Below are positions 59,398-64,000 of a DNA stretch of 64,000 bases, one piece after another; position 1 is the stretch's first letter, and every line of letters begins with the position of its first letter. The translations under genes were made by a program, and so were the position numbers. The notes under the pieces were generated by a model. The model saw nothing but the letters and a program-made list of their open reading frames with translations, was not told the DNA's origin and ran no database searches. Source of the DNA: a virus (lineage: Duplodnaviria; Caudoviricetes). The stretch is from IMG/VR virus record IMGVR_UViG_3300025016_000004, one strand, 5' to 3'.

Positions 59398-62300
59398 AAA
59401 AGAAAAAAGAGTTAAATATTTTAGCGGTGATGATTTAGCCGCAACGGTTTGGAATGATAAATACAAACTAGGGGATGAAGGTTCGGAAATTGAAGAATCT
59501 ACGCCAGCTGATATGCACTTAAGAATGGCAAAAGAATTTGCTAGAGTTGATGGTAAATATCAAGTAAAAGAATTAAAAAAATTATTGGATAATCCAGAAA
59601 TTAAACTTAGTGATTATGGATTTAATCGTAAAGATTTAACAGTTAAAGAAATATACGCTTTATTGGAGAATTTTGGTAAAATAGTTCCACAAGGTTCTGT
59701 TATGTCACAGTTAGGTAATGACGAACAAATTGGTTCATTATCTAATTGTTTTGTTATAGGACAACCTGAAGATTCTTATGGTGGAATTATGCTTAAAGAC
59801 CAAGAATTGGTTCAATTGATGAAACGTAGAGGTGGTGTAGGTATCGATATATCGTCATTAAGACCTAGTGAAACTCCAACATCAAATGCGGCCAAGAGTT
59901 CAACTGGTGCAGTTTCTTTTATGGAAAGATTTAGTAACTCAACTAGAGAAGTTGCTCAAAATGGTCGTAGAGGTGCACTTATGCTTTCAATTGATGTAAG
60001 ACATCCAGATGTAGCTGATTTCGTTAAGATTAAGAATGATAGAACCAAAGTTACTGGTGCTAACATATCAGTTTCATTAAGAGATGATTTCATGAAAGCG
60101 GTTAAAGCTGATGGGGATTATATTTTAAGATATCCAATTAATGAAGAAATACACCCTGAATGGGATGGATTGAATGAATATGAATATAATAAATTATATA
60201 CGCTAGAAGATGCTAATAACGTTAAAACTTGGGTTAAAAAAATTAAAGCTAAAGAATTATATGACCTTATAATTGAGAATGCTTGGGACAACGCTGAACC
60301 TGGTCAGATTTTCATTGATAGACACTGGGATTATAGCCCTGATGGTGTTTATCCAGAATATAGAGGTATAACTACAAACCCTTCATTGCGTCATGATACA
60401 TTAATACAAACTGATTTAGGGTTATACCCTATAAAGGAATTAGCTGAAAGTGATGGGTTAACAATCGTTAAAAATATTAAAAATGAATGGCAAGTTGGTA
60501 AAGTGTTTTTATCTGGTAAAGGTAAAGAATTGTATAAAATTACTTTTACTAATGGATATGAAGTATATTGCACTGCTGAGCATAAATGGCCGATATTGAA
60601 TTCACAGAAAAATATTTTTAATAAAGTGAATGGTTCGGTTTTGAAAAAAAGGACTGATGAGTTAATGTTTGGACACCCAAAACTTGGTGGTGATAGAACA
60701 CATTTAGAGTTTAACCCTAATTATGAGGGTAATGTGAGTTGTAAATTAACAAAAAATGATGGATTTTTAAGTGGTTATTGGTTAGGTGATGGACACACTT
60801 CGATAACAACTGAGGGAGTTAAACAATACGGATTTATAGTATCTGATGATGAATTATTAGATTGTGGCGATAAATTACTTAATATAATCGGTGAAAATAA
60901 AATAAAAAACACTAACAATAATTTTAATAGAGACCATGAAAGTGAAGCATACTCACTATATATTAGCGAGATTGGATTCAGAGAGTATTGTGATAGATTA
61001 AAATTAGGGTATGATAAAATTAATGGGATACCCGAAACAGTTTTCAAAAGTGGTAATAAATTTATAAAAGGGTTTATAGATGGATTGTTTTCTGCTGATG
61101 GCTCTGTGTGGGCTAATGAAGATTTAGTACATAGTAGAGTTACATTAACAAGTAGTAGATTTAACATAGTAAAAGACGTTCAAAAATTATTAAATTTATT
61201 TGGAATTTCTAGTAATATACAAGAGCGTAAAGATAAGTTAAATGATAAAACGTTTACTGGGTATAATTTAGTTATTAGTGGGGTACACAGTAGGAAATTT
61301 GCAACGTGTTTTACTTTAACTTCTAAAGATAAACAAGATAAATTAGATACTATATTAAATTATGAAAACACATATAAAGATAATAGAGAGTATTTAATTA
61401 TTAAAAATGTTGAACCAACTGGTATTTTTGAGGATGTGTATGATATAACAGTATTTGATGATACACACACTTTTAAAGGAGAGTTTGGTACGACTGGTAA
61501 TTGTGGTGAAATATTTATGCAACCATATGATGCTTGTAGATTAATGGCATTGAATTTTTATTCATTTGTAGATAACCCATTTACTAAAAACGCTAGAGTC
61601 AATTATCAAGCTGTATATGAAGCGGCCTACGAGCAACAAAGATTAGCTGATGATTTAGTTGATTTAGAATTAGAAAAAATTGATAGAATTATCGCTAAGG
61701 TTAAAAATGACCCTGAAAGCGAAATGACAAAAGCTGTTGAATTACAACTTTGGGAAAATATCCGTAAAGTTGCAGCTTCTGGTAGAAGAACTGGATGTGG
61801 TTTTACTGGGTTAGGTGATATGATTGCGGCCACTGGTGTTGATTATGATTCTGAAGAAGGGTTAGATATCATTGATAAGGTTATGAGGGCTAAAATGAGC
61901 GGTGAGTTAGACTGTACTATCGATTTAGCAGCTCTTAGAGGTCATTTCGATGGATATAACAACGAATTAGAGTATTCTGATGGTGTAGGCACCAATGAGT
62001 TCTTTAAGATGCTTAAAACTGAGTTTAAAGAGCAATATGATAGAATGATTATTTATGGAAGAAGAAACGTATCATTCTCAACGGTTGCACCTACAGGTTG
62101 CTTAGTTAAAGAAACTAAACTAAAAACAAATCGAGGTATCATTGAATTGAAAGATTTATTTTTAATTAATGGTATTGATATAGATAAATTAAAAAATGAA
62201 AAAAATATTTGGTTTGATATTGAAGAAGAAATAATGGTTTATGATATTAATGGTGGTGAACATAAAATAAATAAATTATATTGGAATGGTTATAGTAAAA

Positions 62301-62443
62301 CTAAAAAAATTAAATTGGGTAATAATGAAAGTGTTGAATCTAGTACCGAACATAAGTGGTTGGTTAGGGTTTCTGAAACTGAGGCTAAATGGGTTAGAGC
62401 TGACGAATTGAAAATTTCTGATAAAATTATTAAAATAAATTAA
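59363..62443 (+). CDS. nrdJ: Class II (B12-dependent) ribonucleotide reductase, N-terminal half (contiguous intein plus split-intein IntN); start may be ATG 59387
   Basis: SNCFV, RRGGVG.D.S.LRP, RRGALM, TTNP|CGEI, C.L, RR.G.G..G; ends STVAPTG|C-IntN-stop. Confidence 0.92.
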   Translation: MIKKKKQRMLTKKEKRVKYFSGDDLAATVWNDKYKLGDEGSEIEESTPADMHLRMAKEFARVDGKYQVKELKKLLDNPEIKLSDYGFNRKDLTVKEIYALLENFGKIVPQGSVMSQLGNDEQIGSLSNCFVIGQPEDSYGGIMLKDQELVQLMKRRGGVGIDISSLRPSETPTSNAAKSSTGAVSFMERFSNSTREVAQNGRRGALMLSIDVRHPDVADFVKIKNDRTKVTGANISVSLRDDFMKAVKADGDYILRYPINEEIHPEWDGLNEYEYNKLYTLEDANNVKTWVKKIKAKELYDLIIENAWDNAEPGQIFIDRHWDYSPDGVYPEYRGITTNPSLRHDTLIQTDLGLYPIKELAESDGLTIVKNIKNEWQVGKVFLSGKGKELYKITFTNGYEVYCTAEHKWPILNSQKNIFNKVNGSVLKKRTDELMFGHPKLGGDRTHLEFNPNYEGNVSCKLTKNDGFLSGYWLGDGHTSITTEGVKQYGFIVSDDELLDCGDKLLNIIGENKIKNTNNNFNRDHESEAYSLYISEIGFREYCDRLKLGYDKINGIPETVFKSGNKFIKGFIDGLFSADGSVWANEDLVHSRVTLTSSRFNIVKDVQKLLNLFGISSNIQERKDKLNDKTFTGYNLVISGVHSRKFATCFTLTSKDKQDKLDTILNYENTYKDNREYLIIKNVEPTGIFEDVYDITVFDDTHTFKGEFGTTGNCGEIFMQPYDACRLMALNFYSFVDNPFTKNARVNYQAVYEAAYEQQRLADDLVDLELEKIDRIIAKVKNDPESEMTKAVELQLWENIRKVAASGRRTGCGFTGLGDMIAATGVDYDSEEGLDIIDKVMRAKMSGELDCTIDLAALRGHFDGYNNELEYSDGVGTNEFFKMLKTEFKEQYDRMIIYGRRNVSFSTVAPTGCLVKETKLKTNRGIIELKDLFLINGIDIDKLKNEKNIWFDIEEEIMVYDINGGEHKINKLYWNGYSKTKKIKLGNNESVESSTEHKWLVRVSETEAKWVRADELKISDKIIKIN
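60383..61501 (+). mobile_element. Intein with LAGLIDADG endonuclease directly before the RNR catalytic Cys (373 aa)
   Basis: TTNP|SLRHDTLIQ...CTAEHKW...VYDITVFDDTHTFKGEFGTTGN|CGEI; GYWLGDG and IDGLFSADG motifs. Confidence 0.92.
62099..62440 (+). mobile_element. Split intein N-fragment of nrdJ (114 aa)
   Basis: CLVKETKLKTNRG...ESSTEHKWLV...WVRADELKISDKI, then a stop; no block F or G. Confidence 0.9.
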
Positions 62444-62447
62444 CTAA

Positions 62448-62483
62448 AACGCCCTTTGTTTTATACTTATTACAAAGGGCGTT
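62448..62483 (+). promoter_or_regulatory. Strong hairpin abutting the endonuclease start codon
   Basis: aacgccctttgt / acaaagggcgtt perfect 12-bp stem with a 12-nt loop; no T-tail; ATG at 62488. Confidence 0.7.
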
Positions 62484-62487
62484 AGTT

Positions 62488-63600
62488 ATGAAAATAAAAT
62501 ATGTAGAATATTATAATGAATTGGTTAGTAAATATGGTGAAGAAGATGGGTTAAAAAAATATAAATCATTTTTGAGGTCATCAACATTAGAAACTTATAT
62601 TATTAAATTTGGTGAAAAGCGTGGTACAGATAAATTCAATAATAAGAAAAAGTCAGGAATATCACTAGAAAAAATGATTGAGAAATATGGTGAAAAAGAC
62701 GGTACTAATAGATATAATAATTGGTTATCTAAAATTAGGCAAGATTTACCAAATTTTATTAAGAGATATGGTGAAAAAGACGGATTAAAAAAATATAATG
62801 AATTTAAAGATAATTGTATTGTTAAAACAAAAATAAAAGAAAACCCCAACTCAAAATATAATAATAGGTTACATAATACTAGATATGAATTTTTTTTAGA
62901 AGAAAATAATGGTGATATTAATAAAGCTAAAAAACAATTAATTAAAAGACAAAGAACGAGTGATTTAAAATCTTTCATTAAAAAACACGGCTTAATAGAG
63001 GGTGAAAAAAAATATAAATTAGCTAATAAAAAAAAATCTAATAATATTAAGAATTTTATTAGATTATATGGTGATGTTGAAGGTAATAGACGATATTTTA
63101 ATTATATTAAAAAACTAAAATATATTCATAGTGAAAAATATTATTTAGATAAGTATGGTGAAATAGAAGGTAAAGTTAGGTGGGTAGAATTGATTAATAA
63201 AAAAACTAATAATTTTATTAATGGTCAATCTAAAATTGGTGATGAATTTTGTAATAATTTATTTAATGAAATAAAAAAAGATGTTGATGATAAATATTAT
63301 TTTTCTGAAAATGAATATAAATTCTTTATTCATGATGAAGAATATAAAATAATTCAGCCAGATTTTTTAATTAAAGAAAGTAAAATAGTTGTTGAATTTT
63401 ATGGTGATTACTGGCATAGAAATCCAGAAATATATAATGATGATATTTCAAAAATAATTAGGGAAAAAGATGAAGAAAGGATAAAAAAAATAGAATCTTT
63501 AGGGTATATCATATATATTATATGGGAAAAGGAATATCGTTTAAATAAAATTGGAGTAATAAAAAATTTAAGTAATAAAATAATTAATAAAATAAAATAA
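62488..63600 (+). CDS. Free-standing Vsr/DUF559-like endonuclease between the nrdJ halves
   Basis: About seven (K/R)YGExxGxx(K/R)Y repeats; C-terminal QPDF...KIVVEFYGDYWH...D.ER...IESLGY.IYIIWE. Confidence 0.8.
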   Translation: MKIKYVEYYNELVSKYGEEDGLKKYKSFLRSSTLETYIIKFGEKRGTDKFNNKKKSGISLEKMIEKYGEKDGTNRYNNWLSKIRQDLPNFIKRYGEKDGLKKYNEFKDNCIVKTKIKENPNSKYNNRLHNTRYEFFLEENNGDINKAKKQLIKRQRTSDLKSFIKKHGLIEGEKKYKLANKKKSNNIKNFIRLYGDVEGNRRYFNYIKKLKYIHSEKYYLDKYGEIEGKVRWVELINKKTNNFINGQSKIGDEFCNNLFNEIKKDVDDKYYFSENEYKFFIHDEEYKIIQPDFLIKESKIVVEFYGDYWHRNPEIYNDDISKIIREKDEERIKKIESLGYIIYIIWEKEYRLNKIGVIKNLSNKIINKIK

Positions 63601-64000
63601 TGAAGGAAAATAACGAAATAATTGATATTAGTAATGTTAATTACAGTGAATGTGAAATATTAGATATTGTAGATGGATATGATTATACTATGGATTTTGA
63701 GGTGGGTGATACACATTACTATACATTAGAAAATGGTTTAGTGAGTCATAATAGTGTGAGTATTCTTACTCAAACTACTTCGGGGTTAGAGCCAGTATTT
63801 TCCGTATTCCCTTATTTAAGACGTAAAAAGTTAAACCCTAACGATAAAAACGCTAGAGTAGATTTTACTGATGATAATGGTGACCAATGGCAAGAGTTTT
63901 CAGTAACTCATAAACCGCTTATGGATTATATCAAAATCAATAAATTGGATGAAGCAATCACTGAATTAAATGATAAAATGAATAAAACCAAAGCTGAAGA
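63600..64000 (+). CDS. nrdJ: NrdJ C-terminal half preceded by split-intein IntC (51 aa, 63600-63752); partial and not in the ORF track
   Basis: My translation is MKENNEIIDISNVNYSECEILDIVDGYDYTMDFEVGDTHYYTLENGLVSHN|SVSILTQTTSGLEPVF...; splicing restores APTG-SVS..TTSGLEPVF. Confidence 0.92.
   Translation, partial: MKENNEIIDISNVNYSECEILDIVDGYDYTMDFEVGDTHYYTLENGLVSHNSVSILTQTTSGLEPVFSVFPYLRRKKLNPNDKNARVDFTDDNGDQWQEFSVTHKPLMDYIKINKLDEAITELNDKMNKTKAE

Noticed and set aside
1949-62978. Short antisense or nested ORFs (e.g. 1949..2215, 9483..9812, 10331..10681, 20634..20981, 36235..36615, 55609..55965, 60775..61167, 62595..62978)
   Set aside because: They are shadows of long, well-supported genes, with no motifs or upstream signals.
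57677-63600. Stop-codon recoding or sequencing frameshifts as the explanation for the split dnaB and nrdJ
   Set aside because: A complete 1.1-kb gene in a different frame lies between each pair of halves, and TAA, TAG and TGA all end clear genes elsewhere (e.g. tube TAG, polB TGA), so the standard code applies.
1-64000. tRNA, rRNA, integrase or capsid genes
   Set aside because: None recognised by eye in this window; tRNAscan-SE or Infernal would be needed to exclude atypical RNAs.

Overview
A 64-kb, strongly AT-rich piece of a large contractile-tailed (T4-superfamily-like) phage genome. The host is probably a Bacteroidota: TAnnTTTG-type promoters, few Shine-Dalgarno sites and GNVGIGTT-repeat fibres point that way. 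1-16 kb holds repeat-rich tail fibres and virion or neck genes. 16-25 kb is a minus-strand block with family B DNA polymerase, glutaredoxin and a SNF2 helicase. 25-49 kb is the neck, sheath, tube, chaperone, tape measure and baseplate module. 49-64 kb is the replication module: SSB, RecA-like recombinase, 5'-3' exonuclease, DnaB helicase and class II ribonucleotide reductase. Selfish elements are dense, with six inteins, five free-standing endonuclease genes or relics and two tnpB-less IS200/IS605 derivatives. The main result is two adjacent fractured genes. dnaB and nrdJ are each broken into two ORFs by a naturally split intein with a Vsr-like endonuclease gene between the halves, and each also carries a second, contiguous intein, so both enzymes should need cis plus trans protein splicing. 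The nrdJ C-half at 63600 is missing from the ORF track. Also notable are a nested insertion that rebuilt a neck gene's N-terminus through a 24-bp duplication, promoter-plus-omegaRNA mini-elements, a candidate +1 frameshift in the tail chaperone, and a sense-strand TATTTATA promoter-like motif. All family calls come from motif recognition by eye; no searches were run.
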